DNA of 64,000 nucleotides from Candidatus Uhrbacteria bacterium CG10_big_fil_rev_8_21_14_0_10_50_16 (lineage in GTDB: Bacteria; Patescibacteriota; Patescibacteriia; UBA9934; UBA11717): contig PCYM01000001.1 in assembly GCA_002774875.1 (NCBI GenBank), positions 246,153-310,152 of the forward strand. Reading direction: 5' to 3'. This document shows, in pieces, positions 1-9,488 of this stretch. The position numbers were made by a program, and so were the translations under genes. The notes under the pieces were generated by a model that worked only from the letters and a program-made list of their open reading frames with translations, made no database searches and had not been told where the DNA came from. Positions within the stretch are counted from its first letter, which is position 1; each line of letters starts with the position of its first letter.

Positions 1-16
1 CATATTTACTCCTAGT

Positions 17-1858
17 ATGTCAACGCTTCGTTATAAACTCGCAGAACTTCGTGGACGATCGATTCGCTTTCACAAACCCTCCACCACAACAACAATTGTT
101 AGCCTCGTCGTGGTAATCGTAATGGCCCTCTTTGGATACCGTTATATTACAAATAAGGCCCAAATGACCGAGACATCCGTTACGCCTGCCGTACAGATGA
201 TCGCCGTCAAAGATTACCGTGCCAATACAGGCGTGGTACAGGCATCCGGTGAGGTGACATCTGTGGATCAAGTCACCATTAAGAGCGAGGTAAACGTGCC
301 TGTACGTTCCGTTTTTGTGTCCATCGGGCAAACCGTTTACGCAGGTCAACCACTCGTAGAGTTTGAACATGGCGATGTGGATGCACAGCTTGCACAAGCA
401 AATGCTGGAGTTGATCAAGCTCGCGCCCTTCTCAATGTGCAGCTCGCCGGCGCGCGGGCAGAAGACCTTACACGTGCACACCTCGCTGTTACCCAAGCAG
501 AACAATCACTCTACCAGGTGATCGCCGCACAAGATCAAACACGAATTGCAAACGAGGCCGCTATGAGCACACTTACCGCCTCGTTAACCAACGCGACTAA
601 CAACAGCATCCGAACGGCGCAACAAGTACTCTCCACCACAACCGATGGATTGGTAACCGTTGCAACGTATCAACAAACCTATTTTAATTGCACATCCCAA
701 TCCGTGTGTCATAAAATTGAGCTTGCGAAACACGATGCAATGCGAGAAATTTTTGCGGTCAACAACGGTGGGCAATGGAATGCGGAAACAGTCTTAGCGC
801 AACGAGGTGGGTTAATTGCACGTGTGCAACAGCTTGCAGAAAGCTCACATCCAGATCCAATCGAACTCGATGGTGTGCTAACAGACTTACTCGCCGGGCT
901 GCAGGACACGCGAACCGCACTCATACTCACACGTGAGGGATTTGAATTGCCAGTGGCATTCGCAGCCACGTCAACGGACAAGACAACCGTTGAAACAAAG
1001 CGTGCAGCGGTCGATGCGGCTATTACAACCCTCCAAACACAAATCCAAACGTTACATTCCGTTCAGGGAAATGGATTTGTGGGAGGAGACGCAAAATCGC
1101 TCGCCGATGAACGCGCACGTGCAGAGGCAAGCCGGCGCGCCACAAACGCCAGTATAGAAATTGCACAAACTGTTCTTGCATCTGCGCGACAAACGCTTGC
1201 TATTTTAGAAAACGGACCACGCGACGTAGATCTTGCGTCTCTCTATGCAAGCGTCCGATCGGCCGAGGCCGCACGAGACGCGCTCTCGTCACAATATCGA
1301 CGCTACCTTATTACAGCTCCCTTTAACGGTGTCGTGGCGTCGCTCCCTGCACGTATGGGAGAGATCATTGGCGCCGGTCAAACCGTGATTTCTCTCATCA
1401 ATCCTGATCTTCTGGAGATCGTGGCCTACATAAGCGATCAAGATCGAGCCCTTGTGCAGGCTGGCGCATCCGTCACCATTCGCGACACACACCAAGGCAT
1501 CGTGAGTTTCGTAGCGCCAAGTATCAACCCCGCAATCGGTAAAATCGAACTCCGTATTACGGTCCTTGATCCCAGCGCCACACTCACTATAGGTCAAACG
1601 GTTCCGGTCGTGATTGAGCAAACCATCTCCACAACCGATGCTGAATCGTATCGCCTCCCCCTACCATCCGTACGCATTCGACCAGCAGGATCCTTTGTCC
1701 TCATTGTCGACGATCAAGGAACTATTCAAGAACAGCAGGTAGAAACAGGTGTCGTGTTTGGAGCGCGCGTTGAGATTCTCTCAGGACTGTCTGTCAATGA
1801 TTCCATCCTCGCTTCCGTCCGAGGTCTCTCCGTCGGAGATCAGGTAACCATTGACTAG
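17..1858 (+). CDS. RND efflux periplasmic adaptor subunit (HlyD/membrane-fusion-protein family)
   Basis: 613 aa ORF with an N-terminal TM segment and a long coiled-coil/beta-barrel-like body. It overlaps the downstream RND permease by 8 nt, the typical operon arrangement. Confidence 0.6.
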   Translation: MSTLRYKLAELRGRSIRFHKPSTTTTIVSLVVVIVMALFGYRYITNKAQMTETSVTPAVQMIAVKDYRANTGVVQASGEVTSVDQVTIKSEVNVPVRSVFVSIGQTVYAGQPLVEFEHGDVDAQLAQANAGVDQARALLNVQLAGARAEDLTRAHLAVTQAEQSLYQVIAAQDQTRIANEAAMSTLTASLTNATNNSIRTAQQVLSTTTDGLVTVATYQQTYFNCTSQSVCHKIELAKHDAMREIFAVNNGGQWNAETVLAQRGGLIARVQQLAESSHPDPIELDGVLTDLLAGLQDTRTALILTREGFELPVAFAATSTDKTTVETKRAAVDAAITTLQTQIQTLHSVQGNGFVGGDAKSLADERARAEASRRATNASIEIAQTVLASARQTLAILENGPRDVDLASLYASVRSAEAARDALSSQYRRYLITAPFNGVVASLPARMGEIIGAGQTVISLINPDLLEIVAYISDQDRALVQAGASVTIRDTHQGIVSFVAPSINPAIGKIELRITVLDPSATLTIGQTVPVVIEQTISTTDAESYRLPLPSVRIRPAGSFVLIVDDQGTIQEQQVETGVVFGARVEILSGLSVNDSILASVRGLSVGDQVTID

Positions 1859-4800
1859 TATGTGGGCATTTTTTGTCACACATAGACAGTTCACAACCAT
1901 CATTACGATTGCCGTGGTGTTACTTGGTTTTGTCTCGACCATCCAAATTCCAAAAGAATCCAACCCGGACATTGCAATTCCGATCGTGGTTATCTCAACT
2001 CCCTTCCCCGGTGCCAACGCCGTAGACGTTGAATCGTTTGTCACGAAACCGATTGAAGACGCAGTGCTCGGACTCGCCGATATCGATGAAGTTACTTCTT
2101 CCTCGTCTCTTGGAATGTCGTCCGTGGTGGTGAGTTTTACCATCGGCGTTGACGCGAAAGAAAAACGCGACAGTGTGCAAGAGGTTGTGGACGCGATTTC
2201 TTACAAACTTCCAACGGACGCAAACGACCCGAACATCGCACGCGTCAGTTTTGATGATCGGCCTATTAAGGTCTATGCGCTGGGCGGTCCTTATCCGTTA
2301 GAGCAACTCAACGAGTTTGCAAAGGACCTGCAAGCAGATTTAGAACGCATCCCTGGCGTCTCTAGAGCACCTATTGTTGGAGGTGCCGACCGAGAGGTGC
2401 GTGTTCTTGTAAGTCCGCAACGATTAGACCAGTTTGACCTGAGCTTGTCCCAGGTCACCATGGCCATCTCGCGCGCCAACTCTAATATTCCCGTTGGAAC
2501 CATTGAGACAGCCAACCAGGAATACAGCGTTCGTTTTGAAGGTCGACTCACGGATCCAACACAGCTCAATGCGCTTCCTATTACCTCTCGGGGTGGTGCA
2601 ATTATTACCGTAAGCGATGTGGCAACGGTTATTGACGGATACACCACGCGTAACAGTGCCTCGCAACTCAGTCTCGACGGACAACCCGCTGCACCTTCCG
2701 TAACGCTTCAGATTGTTAAATCGGATGAAGGCAACATTTTGGATATTGTAAGCGCTGCAGACATCGTCTTTGCACGTGCGCGAGAGAATGATCTCCCACG
2801 TGATGTCAACATTGAGGTGGTGGATGATGACGCCCAATTTATTAAAGATGATCTGCGCAATCTGGGAGTCAGTGGACTACAGACAAGTTTTATTGTCTTC
2901 CTGCTTATCCTTGTGTTTCTTGGATGGCGGGAGTCGATCTTGGCGAGCTTAACGATTCCCGTCACGTTCCTCATTACGTTTGCCTGTCTCCAATTCCTCG
3001 GTTACACCCTCAATTTCCTCACGCTCTTTTCCTTGATTTTGTCGCTTGGAATCCTTGTAGACGGATCCATCGTGATGACGGAAGGGTTACACGCGCACAT
3101 GCAGTCCAGTATTACACCTAAGCAAGCGGCACTAAAAACCGTTAGGGAATTTAGCGCACCGTTGATTGCCGGGACACTCACAACGGTCTTTGCTTTTGTT
3201 CCCATGCTGCTCTCCTCCGGTTTGATTGGCGAGTTCATTAAGAGCATACCGGTAACGGTCAGTATCGTGTTGTTTGCGTCCCTCTTTGTTGCGCTTGCGC
3301 TCATTCCAACATTTGGCATGCAGCTTCTGTCTGATCGTATGGCACCATCAAAGCATTTTCAGGGATTCCGACGATGGGCAGTCGCGTTTGGATACAATCG
3401 TGTACAACACTTTTTTGCCCGCGCGCAGCAACAACGCGAGCAGATGGTGAAGTATATGCAGGATTGGTACGTTGCATCCCTCTCACGTTTTATGAATCAA
3501 CCAAAGCGTCGCAAACGGCTCACGCGCCTTCTTGTCGTTGGATTTATCATAAGCATCGCACTCCCAGTGACAGGCATTTTGCAGGTGGATATGTTTCCAG
3601 CCACGGATCTTGATCGTCTCTATGTTGATGTCACCTTCCCAATTGGGACACCCTTGGAGATTACCATGGAATCCATGGACCGTATTGAGTCTGTCTTGTC
3701 AGAAGACGATCGGATAACCTCCTACCTCATGAGTTCCGGTGCCGGTTCTCCACTTCGTGGTGGGTCTGGCGGGCATGTTGGGTCAATGGTGCTAAATCTC
3801 GTGGACCGATCAAAACGTCCAGATAGTCGCGATCTCGTACAGGAGCTTGAGGGGAATCTTAAACCACTTATTCCCCTTGCCACCGTCACGGTCTCACAAC
3901 TTTCTAATGGTCCAGACTCGGCACTACCCATTGAGATTCTTCTAAAGGGACCCGAGTTGGAAACGCTCGAAGAACTTGCGCGCACGTTTGAATCAGAGCT
4001 CAAAACTATTCCCGGCGCTCGCAACGTGTCGACCAGTATCCAAGAAACCGCCGGAGAGTTTGTGTTTGAACTCGACCGCGCAGCGATTGCTCAGTATGGA
4101 CTCTCTGCGTTTGACGTTGCCTCCGAGCTCCGTACGGCAGCGTTTGGGTCCAAGGCGACCACCATCGCAACCGTTACAGATGACCTGGATGTTGTGGTTA
4201 AATATCGCTTTAACGGAAACGACGATCAAGGAACCAAAAATCGCATCACCATTGATCAACTCGCCTCCATCACCATTCAAACGCCAGGCGGAGATATTCC
4301 GTTGAGCCGCTTCTTGTCCACGCACCTCACGCAAAGTCGCGCATCCATTTCGCACACAGATGGCGATCGTGTGGTTCGTGTCACGAGTTCCACGGCCAAG
4401 GACGTCACCGCCACAAGTATCTTTAATGAGATCCGTGCGCGTATGGAGCACATTGAGATTCCAGACGGCTACACCGTGACGCTTGGTGGACAGGACGAGA
4501 GCACACAACAGTCGTTTGCCGACCTCTACAAGGCGATGATCATTGGAATCTTCTTGATTGGTGCACTCCTCGTCCTGCAGTTCAACTCGTACCGACAACC
4601 CCTGTTTATCTTGTCGAGTATTCCCCTTTCGTTAATTGGTGTTTTGCCAGGACTCAGTCTTATTGGTCAGCCATTGAGTTTCCCTGGCATGATTGGAATC
4701 GTGGCACTCGCCGGTATTGTGGTAAATAACGGTATTATCCTCGTAGACCGGATCAATGAAAATCAATACAATCACCTACAAAAAAGTGACGCCATTCGAG

Positions 4801-5006
4801 AAGCCGCCGGCGCACGCTTGCGACCGATCCTTTTGACCACCATTACGACCATTGCCGGACTTTTACCTCTTGCACTCACGCAACCGTCCTGGGCACCGCT
4901 TGGATTTGCCATTATTTTTGGCCTGTTATTTGCCACCGTTCTCACGCTTTACGTGGTTCCATTGCTCTATCAACGGTTTGGAGAAACCCTCTCTAACCAG
5001 GCATAA
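1851..5006 (+). CDS. RND efflux transporter permease (AcrB/HAE1-like, 12 TM with two large periplasmic loops)
   Basis: 1051 aa. Size and TM/loop architecture are characteristic of the RND superfamily. Translationally coupled to the upstream adaptor gene. Confidence 0.85.
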   Translation: MTSMWAFFVTHRQFTTIITIAVVLLGFVSTIQIPKESNPDIAIPIVVISTPFPGANAVDVESFVTKPIEDAVLGLADIDEVTSSSSLGMSSVVVSFTIGVDAKEKRDSVQEVVDAISYKLPTDANDPNIARVSFDDRPIKVYALGGPYPLEQLNEFAKDLQADLERIPGVSRAPIVGGADREVRVLVSPQRLDQFDLSLSQVTMAISRANSNIPVGTIETANQEYSVRFEGRLTDPTQLNALPITSRGGAIITVSDVATVIDGYTTRNSASQLSLDGQPAAPSVTLQIVKSDEGNILDIVSAADIVFARARENDLPRDVNIEVVDDDAQFIKDDLRNLGVSGLQTSFIVFLLILVFLGWRESILASLTIPVTFLITFACLQFLGYTLNFLTLFSLILSLGILVDGSIVMTEGLHAHMQSSITPKQAALKTVREFSAPLIAGTLTTVFAFVPMLLSSGLIGEFIKSIPVTVSIVLFASLFVALALIPTFGMQLLSDRMAPSKHFQGFRRWAVAFGYNRVQHFFARAQQQREQMVKYMQDWYVASLSRFMNQPKRRKRLTRLLVVGFIISIALPVTGILQVDMFPATDLDRLYVDVTFPIGTPLEITMESMDRIESVLSEDDRITSYLMSSGAGSPLRGGSGGHVGSMVLNLVDRSKRPDSRDLVQELEGNLKPLIPLATVTVSQLSNGPDSALPIEILLKGPELETLEELARTFESELKTIPGARNVSTSIQETAGEFVFELDRAAIAQYGLSAFDVASELRTAAFGSKATTIATVTDDLDVVVKYRFNGNDDQGTKNRITIDQLASITIQTPGGDIPLSRFLSTHLTQSRASISHTDGDRVVRVTSSTAKDVTATSIFNEIRARMEHIEIPDGYTVTLGGQDESTQQSFADLYKAMIIGIFLIGALLVLQFNSYRQPLFILSSIPLSLIGVLPGLSLIGQPLSFPGMIGIVALAGIVVNNGIILVDRINENQYNHLQKSDAIREAAGARLRPILLTTITTIAGLLPLALTQPSWAPLGFAIIFGLLFATVLTLYVVPLLYQRFGETLSNQA

Positions 5007-5029
5007 TTATCCACAAACGTGATTGTGCT

Positions 5030-5058
5030 TGACAACAATACGTATTTGTGGCATAGTC
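5030..5058 (+). promoter_or_regulatory. sigma70-like promoter TTGACA-N17-CATAGT upstream of the RRM gene
   Basis: Exact -35 hexamer, 17-nt spacer and a weak -10, about 70 nt upstream of the start at 5125. Confidence 0.3.
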
Positions 5059-5124
5059 TTGGGGCTTTCTTGTTCCTGTAACACGTAATAAGAGAGTTCG
5101 TTTATTCACTCAGTTCGCTCTTAC

Positions 5125-5379
5125 ATGCAGAACAAGCTATTTGTTGGCGGCCTACCATGGGCCGTTGATGACGCTCAGCTCGAAGAGATCTTTGCCCCAC
5201 ACGGTGAAGTGACCTCAGCTCGCGTTGTCACAGACAAGTTCACAGGGAAGAGCCGCGGATTCGGATTCGTCGAATTTGCAACAGACGAGCAAGCGCAAGC
5301 TGCCGTCGATGCAATGGATGGATCAGAACTTGGCGGACGCACCATCAATGTGAACGTTGCTCGCCCAAAGGGAGAGTAA
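5125..5379 (+). CDS. RNA-binding protein with a single RRM domain
   Basis: 84 aa. RNP2-like LFVGGL and RNP1-like RGFGFVEF motifs are present. Confidence 0.85.
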   Translation: MQNKLFVGGLPWAVDDAQLEEIFAPHGEVTSARVVTDKFTGKSRGFGFVEFATDEQAQAAVDAMDGSELGGRTINVNVARPKGE

Positions 5380-5397
5380 TTCTCGCAAGAGATATCC

Positions 5398-5422
5398 AAA
5401 ACACCCCTCACGGGGTGTTTTG
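5398..5422 (+). terminator. rho-independent terminator after the RRM gene
   Basis: ACACCCC-TCAC-GGGGTGT hairpin followed by a T-run. Confidence 0.5.
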
Positions 5423-5433
5423 AGTTTTCAAGG

Positions 5434-5697
5434 TTATTTTGCGTCTCCTTGTAACCGGGTGAGCTTAAAATCCCACACCATCGGCTCCACGTCTACCTCG
5501 GCCTGGTACCGTGTCCCACAAACATCACAAGTCATCTCCCATATTTGATAGCCCATAGAGAGATCCACGCCTGCCATTCCCGGGAGCGCTCTTACCGTCG
5601 CGGGTATTCCCTCACTCTCTTTATCCAAAAAATCGATCGATACCCTGTCGGGGATCGTCGTACACCGCGCACATGCATTCCAAGGAGATCTGATCAT
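5434..5697 (-). CDS. small hypothetical protein with two Cys pairs (zinc-ribbon-like)
   Basis: 87 aa ORF carrying CARC and CDVC motifs. No recognisable family. Confidence 0.3.
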   Translation of the reverse strand: MIRSPWNACARCTTIPDRVSIDFLDKESEGIPATVRALPGMAGVDLSMGYQIWEMTCDVCGTRYQAEVDVEPMVWDFKLTRLQGDAK

Positions 5698-5871
5698 AAG
5701 GATATTTTTACGTGGGCCATGTATACTTTAACAGATCGATTCGTGGTCAACAGACATCCCCACGATTAGCTGCGCTATCGATATTTTTATAGGTGTGTGG
5801 CATAGAAGATTCAAGTATTTTTACGCGTGTTGATACACATCACTGGTCATGTGCGGTTGTACCTAAATAAT

Positions 5872-6435
5872 TTATTTGCTTATTGTAATAACTTTTGATC
5901 CAAACACGTACACAATCTGTGTTGATCCTAGCTGCGTGACAAGCGCATCTTCCTTTGGATACGTGTGACCGTGCAAAAGATACCCGGGCGCTTTTTGCTC
6001 AACGTATTCTCGTAATCCCTTGTATCCTGCATGAACAGAATCATCTGGTTCATCATTTACCCCAAACGGAGGAGCATGACAGAGCATAACATCTACACGT
6101 GAAAAATCACGTAGTAATTCGATCGATTCCTCCTGCGTGTACATTTTGGCAGACGTGTTTTTGTAACGTACGCATCCTTCAAATCCCCCAAACGTAACCC
6201 CATCAATCTCCAACGTTCGCAGATGCATATTCTCAATTCCCAGTTCCGTCATGTACATTCCTGAGCAATGATTGCCATAGACGCCTAGTTTTGGGATATC
6301 GGTGATCTGCTCCAGCTCGTAAATTTGTTGTTGTTCCAAATCTCCAAGTGTCACGATTACGTCGATCGCGTGTTTTAAGAGGATCGTCTTGATAGGTTGA
6401 TCCGGCGGTCTGTCCGCAATGGCGAGTATTTGCAT
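5872..6435 (-). CDS. metallophosphoesterase (calcineurin-like phosphoesterase)
   Basis: Start probably at MQILAIAD. Metal-ligand motifs TLGDL, GNHC and HAPPFG are present. Confidence 0.7.
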   Translation of the reverse strand: MQILAIADRPPDQPIKTILLKHAIDVIVTLGDLEQQQIYELEQITDIPKLGVYGNHCSGMYMTELGIENMHLRTLEIDGVTFGGFEGCVRYKNTSAKMYTQEESIELLRDFSRVDVMLCHAPPFGVNDEPDDSVHAGYKGLREYVEQKAPGYLLHGHTYPKEDALVTQLGSTQIVYVFGSKVITISK

Positions 6436-6597
6436 AGGATCTAAGTATAGCAAAATATACAACGTAAAGAGTATCTATAAAAAACCTGCACGGGCAGGCT
6501 CAACTCAAAGAGGCACTAACGATGTGGGCATCCAGGCCAGCAGCACGGGCGGCGTTTACGGATCACTAAAAAAACGTGATAAATCACGTTTTTTTGC

Positions 6598-6682
6598 TGG
6601 TGGGCCGGGAAGGACTCGAACCTTCGTAGGCAATGCCAGCAGGTTTACAGCCTGCCCTCGTTGACCGCTTGAGTACCGACCC
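6598..6682 (-). tRNA. tRNA-Tyr (anticodon GUA), long variable arm
   Basis: Hand-folded cloverleaf: acceptor GGGTCGG/CCGGCCC, anticodon loop CUGUAAA, T-arm GAAGG-TTCGAGT-CCTTC, encoded CCA, 85 nt. Confidence 0.8.
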
Positions 6683-6709
6683 ATAGATTGTTGCTTATCC
6701 AAAATTCAC

Positions 6710-6785
6710 TGGAGCCACCTATCGGACTCGAACCGATGACCTACGGTTTACAAAACCGTTGCTCTACCAACTGAGCTAAGGTGGC
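6710..6785 (-). tRNA. tRNA-Thr (anticodon UGU)
   Basis: Acceptor GCCACCT/AGGTGGC, anticodon stem ACGGT/ACCGT with loop TTTGTAA, T-arm ATCGG-TTCGAGT-CCGAT, discriminator U and encoded CCA, 76 nt. Confidence 0.8.
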
Positions 6786-6848
6786 CTCTCTCAAATAAGC
6801 AGTGGCATTGTACCCAACAAAAATCCACCTGTCAACGCTCAGTCGCTC

Positions 6849-7589
6849 CTACGTATACAGGCGCAAAAACCACGGCTCTAACCACAAAAATAGCACAGCA
6901 GCCATCATGAGGTATGCTCCCAGTGGAAGATGCATCTGCTTTTTAGCCCGCCCGTGCCCAATCAGCCAAAGAGCGTGCGTAGCCCCAATAACATATCCCA
7001 ATCCAATGGCAATCAACACCATCGGCCATCCAAACGCCGCGCCCAAGAGCACACCAATCCAGACATCCCCAAAACCGATCGCCCTGCCTTGGGTCACCAG
7101 ATATTGAAGCAAAAATACACCCCCACCAACAATCATCCCCATACCGGCATGATCTATTGTCAATGGCCAAGAAATTCCAAGAATCCCTATGGTCGCAATC
7201 CATGTTTCCGGGACAGCAACAAGTTGTTTCTCTGCGTCTAATCGAATCGCGTACAGCGCGTAGATCACCAAAACTGCTCCAAGCAACGCCGCTCTCAGAT
7301 CTGTAAATAGCAAACTCGCAACATAGGCGCCGCCCACAAACCCGATCAGTTCCGTCGTGAGATACCACCCAGAATAGATCTTCTTGCAACAGGCAGTCCT
7401 CCCGCGAGACAATACGTAACTCACGATAGGAATCAACACATACCACGGCAACACCTCTGCACAAACATCACAGATAGAACGTCCAGTTGTCCAAGAATGC
7501 CCCGTTCCTCGCCGCATAACGGCGCACGAGATAGCACTTGCAAGTGCTGCACCCACAACACCTCCAACCAATAGAATAAACCATGTCAT
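6849..7589 (-). CDS. type IV prepilin peptidase (A24 family)
   Basis: Polytopic membrane protein with the N-terminal CxxC...GRxxCC zinc-binding pattern (CDVCAEVL...SRGRTACC) typical of PilD-like enzymes. The start may be at 7646. Confidence 0.65.
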   Translation of the reverse strand: MTWFILLVGGVVGAALASAISCAVMRRGTGHSWTTGRSICDVCAEVLPWYVLIPIVSYVLSRGRTACCKKIYSGWYLTTELIGFVGGAYVASLLFTDLRAALLGAVLVIYALYAIRLDAEKQLVAVPETWIATIGILGISWPLTIDHAGMGMIVGGGVFLLQYLVTQGRAIGFGDVWIGVLLGAAFGWPMVLIAIGLGYVIGATHALWLIGHGRAKKQMHLPLGAYLMMAAVLFLWLEPWFLRLYT

Positions 7590-7687
7590 AGACAGAATTT
7601 GTTTTCTTGTGACCCCACTATACCCTCTCCTCACCCATCCGCCCACCTACACTTGCTGTCTGGCGCAAAATCACCTACCATCCACGC

Positions 7688-8035
7688 ATGAAGATCTCTG
7701 GAATCGTCCAAAAAGGGCAACAACGCGCGCGAGATTTTGGCTATCCAACCGCCAATATCCATCTGGACTCATACAATAAGGAGCCGGGCACGTATGCGGC
7801 GCACGCAACGGTTTTTGGTTCCACCTATCCCGCGGCCGCCTACATAAGCAAGCGCCACGGAGCCTGGATGTGCGAAGTGCATCTCTTTGACGTAGAAATG
7901 AATTTATACGGTGCAGAAATGACCGTAGACCTCCTCTCCCACGTAAGCCCCATAGACCCCTTTGAAAGCAGGCAACAAATGCAAAAAAAGATCCACAAGG
8001 ATATGCGCGATGTCCGCTTTTTTCACAACCCCTAG
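7688..8035 (+). CDS. riboflavin kinase (monofunctional, RibF C-terminal-domain type)
   Basis: 115 aa. The glycine-rich KGQQRARDFGYPTANI motif resembles the flavokinase domain. Confidence 0.65.
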   Translation: MKISGIVQKGQQRARDFGYPTANIHLDSYNKEPGTYAAHATVFGSTYPAAAYISKRHGAWMCEVHLFDVEMNLYGAEMTVDLLSHVSPIDPFESRQQMQKKIHKDMRDVRFFHNP

Positions 8036-8036
8036 T

Positions 8037-8630
8037 ATGTTTACCGGTATTATTAAGCAGCTTGGAACAATTACTTCCATGGATCGTCACGGCGATGATA
8101 TGCGACTCTGCGTAGAGATACACCCTGTGCCAGAGGTAGACATCGGCGCCAGCGTCTCCAACAGCGGTGTGTGTTTAACGGTGGTAGAAACAAGCAACTC
8201 GCGGCTTTCTTTTGACGTCATGACGCAAACCGTAAAGCTCACCTCGCTTGCCAATAAAAACGTTGGCGATCAACTCAATATTGAGACGTCTCTGCGTGTT
8301 GGAGATGAAATGGGCGGGCACTTTGTGTATGGACACGTGGATGGTGTGGCGCATGTGACACAGATTCAGCAAAAGGGCGACTCGGTTGTGATGACCATTC
8401 AACCGCCAGAGCACTTGATGCGCTACTTGGCACCGCAGGGATCCGTGGCCATCGACGGCGTGAGTCTCACAGTTGCCGATCAACGCGAACATGATTTTGA
8501 CGTGTCGCTTATTGATCACACTATGAAGGTCACGACACTCGGGCGTCTGACGGTCGGGGCGGCAGTCAATATAGAGGTAGATATGATGATGAAGTACTTA
8601 GATCGACTCACCAACGCAAAACCTGTATGA
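8037..8630 (+). CDS. riboflavin synthase alpha subunit
   Basis: Starts with the canonical MFTGII lumazine-binding repeat, about 197 aa. Lies 1 nt after the riboflavin kinase stop. Confidence 0.8.
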   Translation: MFTGIIKQLGTITSMDRHGDDMRLCVEIHPVPEVDIGASVSNSGVCLTVVETSNSRLSFDVMTQTVKLTSLANKNVGDQLNIETSLRVGDEMGGHFVYGHVDGVAHVTQIQQKGDSVVMTIQPPEHLMRYLAPQGSVAIDGVSLTVADQREHDFDVSLIDHTMKVTTLGRLTVGAAVNIEVDMMMKYLDRLTNAKPV

Positions 8631-9109
8631 GGCTCCCAATCAGAAAAGCAGAGCAAGAGCGGCTCGAGAACCAGATTGTAGATCATCACATGACGGCCGG
8701 TAAGTTAGAGCGGCTCAAAGCGGAACTTGCGCGTTTGCAGCGCGAGCATCCGGAGGCCAAGGAAGAGATGCAACGAACGGCGGAGGAAGGTGACTTTTCT
8801 GAGAACGCTGGGTACCAAGATGCAAAACGGCGTCTGCGTGGCATGAATTCTCGCATGCTCAGGTTGCAGGAACGGATTTCCCAGGCGGTTGTGATCAACG
8901 ACGGACCCACAGACGGCACGGTTGGCATCGGCTCCACCGTTGTTTTAAAAAATACACAGGGTGAGCGAACCTTTAGGATTGTCGGCGCGCAGGAGGTAGA
9001 CCTAAGCAAGGGTCGCATCTCGCACGTCTCGCCGCTTGGCGCAGCATTGTTGGGCAAACGCCCCGGTGACTCCGTAACCGTGGGTAGCACCGTTTGGGAG
9101 ATACAATAA
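8627..9109 (+). CDS. greA: transcription elongation factor GreA
   Basis: MTAGKLERLKAELARLQ aligns with the GreA N-terminal coiled-coil, and the length fits. ATGA overlap with the upstream gene. The true start may be the internal M at 8690. Confidence 0.8.
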   Translation: MRLPIRKAEQERLENQIVDHHMTAGKLERLKAELARLQREHPEAKEEMQRTAEEGDFSENAGYQDAKRRLRGMNSRMLRLQERISQAVVINDGPTDGTVGIGSTVVLKNTQGERTFRIVGAQEVDLSKGRISHVSPLGAALLGKRPGDSVTVGSTVWEIQ

Positions 9110-9225
9110 TTGATCACGTACCGATGCATCTACCCACCACTTACTGGTGGGTTTTTGTTTTTGTATCTCCTTGCCCTTCGATCCCCTCTAACACATTATA
9201 ATTTATCCCCATTTCAGATATCACT

Positions 9226-9245
9226 TTTGTCGTACCTACGACATT
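9226..9245. repeat. 20-mer TTTGTCGTACCTACGACATT (6-2-6 dyad), copy 1 of 2
   Basis: Identical 20-mer recurs at 49952-49971, with similar flanks over about 27 nt. Confidence 0.6.
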
Positions 9246-9265
9246 CTTGATACACGAAAAGGATC

Positions 9266-9294
9266 ACAAAAAAGAGCCCGAAGGCTCTTTTTTC
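9266..9294. terminator. bidirectional terminator between convergent greA and copA
   Basis: A-run, AGAGCC-CGAA-GGCTCT hairpin, T-run. Confidence 0.5.
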
Positions 9295-9488
9295 TTCCAT
9301 ACCCCATTTCCCATCAACCATCCCCCATCTACTATTCCTCGTTCCTCATCTTCCCCTAAAACATGATCATCACAAGCAACGTCGCGCCGATGCCGCACAC
9401 AAACCCAAATACAAAGCTTGTTTTGGACGGCATGCCAATTAAGAATTTCCACATAGAACCAGACGCACCTGATTTTTTTGACAACATA

